DNA of 64,000 nt from Acidobacteriota bacterium (GTDB lineage: Bacteria; Acidobacteriota; UBA6911; JACQSX01): positions 212,913 through 276,912 of the forward strand of contig JACQSX010000010.1 of the NCBI GenBank assembly GCA_016211105.1, given 5' to 3'. A program made the translations under genes and the position numbers. The notes under the pieces are model-generated. The model was not told where the DNA came from. It did not search any database and was given only the letters and a program-made list of their open reading frames with translations. The first letter of the stretch is position 1; each line of letters starts with the position of its first letter. Positions 62,380-64,000 of the stretch are shown in pieces.

Positions 62380-62561
62380 TGAGCGCGTTCGCCTGGCGAA
62401 GGCGCTAAGGTTTTACATTCTTTTAACAAAACTTTTACATCGGCTTAACAACCAGACTTCGATTTCAACGTAGAATTATTCTGGATTGGCAATGAAGCCA
62501 TGAGTCGCGAGATCGGCCAACGGGAATGATGGGTCTGATCTCGAAGGAAAAGGAAGGGGAT

Positions 62562-63104
62562 ATGAAAAAGTACAATCGGAAAGTTGCAGTTCGTATGCTT
62601 TGTTTGCTCTGTTTTCTGCTCGCCTTCGGAGCGATCCTGGCACAGCAACCCGCGCGGGGTCCGCTGGCGGGATTGAAAAGGGCATTAGCGGAAGCAGGAG
62701 CGCCGGCTCTTACTTCCGACCAGGAACAGCAACTCACGGCGCTCATTACAGCACGGCGAGACGCTCTTCGGGCCCAGGCTCCGAGCGCTGCGCTGCAAAC
62801 AGCCCAACGAGCCTACCAAAACGCCATTTTGAACGGCGACAACAGCGCCGCGCAGGCCCAAGCGGATACCATCGCCAACGAGACGGCCAATCTCACCCGC
62901 ACGCGGCTTAAGGATACGGCAAAGTTTAAAATCGATGTCCTGAATGTGCTCAAGAGCAATGACAATCAAGTTGGGCTGCTGTTGAATCGTATCGGCTCTG
63001 CGGGCCTGTCGCGGCTGCTGGAGTCGCTGGCTGGCCCTGGAGGCTTGGGTCCAGGAATGGGCGGGATCAGGCCGCGTGGAGACTTCGACGTGCGCGTGCA
63101 GTGA
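62562..63104 (+). CDS. periplasmic Spy/CpxP-like helical protein
   Basis: Signal peptide, LTSDQEQQL, VLNVL...Q; strong RBS. Confidence 0.65.
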   Translation: MKKYNRKVAVRMLCLLCFLLAFGAILAQQPARGPLAGLKRALAEAGAPALTSDQEQQLTALITARRDALRAQAPSAALQTAQRAYQNAILNGDNSAAQAQADTIANETANLTRTRLKDTAKFKIDVLNVLKSNDNQVGLLLNRIGSAGLSRLLESLAGPGGLGPGMGGIRPRGDFDVRVQ

Positions 63105-63150
63105 CGGAGCAGTCACGAAGTCGCTTCAGCGAGGCGCGAAACGAGCTCTT

Positions 63151-63191
63151 GAGGGACCGCGTCCGTTCCGGGTCCCTCTCTCGGTTTCTTT
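63151..63191 (+). terminator. probable intrinsic terminator
   Basis: GAGGGACC...GGTCCCTC stem followed by a T-rich tract. Confidence 0.5.
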
Positions 63192-63252
63192 GCAGCAGGA
63201 TGCTGCCGCATTCGAATGAGGTGATTTCCTGGCATGTTTCCCTAGCATGTTG

Positions 63253-63313
63253 ACGCGACCGTTAGGGAGCGGACCCTCCGCCGGGAGTCCGCTTGCTTAC
63301 GCGCGCGGCTCGG
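63253..63313 (+). repeat. REP-like composite element
   Basis: CGCGACCGTTAGGGAGCGGAC...GTCCGCTTGCTTACGCGCGCGGCTCGG. Confidence 0.75.
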
Positions 63314-63626
63314 AATTCGAGGGAACTCAGAACATGTCCACTCCCCGCGGTGATTTTGAGATTCCAGTCAAAGAAGAGTTCTCACTGTCCGAGGATGGAA
63401 AGATTCTAACGATTCGCACGGCTCGCTCGACCCCCAGGGGGGAAAACACTTCCAAGCAAGTATTTGCCAAGCAATAGGCGCCCGAACCCCGTCTGGGTCG
63501 CAAGTCCACGGTTTCGCGTTCCAAATTGCAGAGTGAACCGATTCGGGGAACGCTCTACGTGGGAATTCGTAAACAAGAGGACGCGCCTCTTCTTAAGCAA
63601 GATCATGGGAGCGCTGCTGAATAAGA

Positions 63627-64000
63627 ATGATGGTTACTAGGAACAGTTGGCGGTCAGCGGTCCTTCGGAGGATATTTTTGGTTGTTTTCGGAAGACTGCC
63701 CGCTCGAATCATTTTGCCGTTGATTTTTCTACTGCTACCCGTCTCTATGGCTTTTGGCCAGAACTCAAACATGTTGCGCGGCAGGGTTACGGATGCGGTC
63801 GGTGGAGTGATCCGGGGCGCTGTGGTCACGGTGGTAGACGCCAACGGCGCTGAAAAGCGGATCGCCACAAACAACGAAGGGACCTATGTGATTTCCGGCT
63901 TGGAGGCAGGCACCTACACGGTCCGTGTCACTGCGCCCGGCTTCAGCGTCTATGAAAGCTTGGCACGCATCGCCGAGGCTCGGACTGTCGCCCTGGATCT
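63627..64000 (+). CDS. 5' part of a carboxypeptidase-regulatory-like/TonB-dependent outer membrane protein
   Basis: Manual translation: LRGRVTDAVGGVIRGAVVTV...TNNEGTY...GTYTVRVTAPGF; open to window end. Confidence 0.85.
   Translation, partial: MMVTRNSWRSAVLRRIFLVVFGRLPARIILPLIFLLLPVSMAFGQNSNMLRGRVTDAVGGVIRGAVVTVVDANGAEKRIATNNEGTYVISGLEAGTYTVRVTAPGFSVYESLARIAEARTVALD

Overview
Accessory-rich, moderately GC-rich bacterial window; the housekeeping-like cluster at the right end resembles Acidobacteria (inference). Four zones. (1) 1-20.5 kb: defence island with TIGR02391 protein, two large Zn-ribbon/PD-(D/E)XK-like unknowns, a GmrSD-hsdM-hsdS-hsdR cluster, DUF2188+HNH and an N4-type MTase coupled to a GHKL ATPase. 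It ends in a 3' fragment of tRNA-Sec that looks like an attachment site. (2) 20.9-47.5 kb: WYL-headed CRISPR locus. An intact type I-B effector (cas8b/cas7/cas5/cas3) is paired with a stand-alone Csb2-derived Cas6-like gene, a Cas4-Cas1 fusion and I-G (I-U)-style repeats. It is embedded in fragments of I-G genes (cas3u x2, csb2 x3, cas8u) interleaved with about 20 intact or decayed toxin-antitoxin modules. (3) 47.5-54.6 kb: ChrB-TolC-RND-MFP efflux operon joined directly to the last spacer of a 5-repeat array. (4) 54.8-64 kb: two solitary CRISPR repeats (one with a copy of the leader end and a perfect 28-bp palindrome), outer-membrane genes and a 271-bp MITE. All family calls are by motif recognition, not database search.
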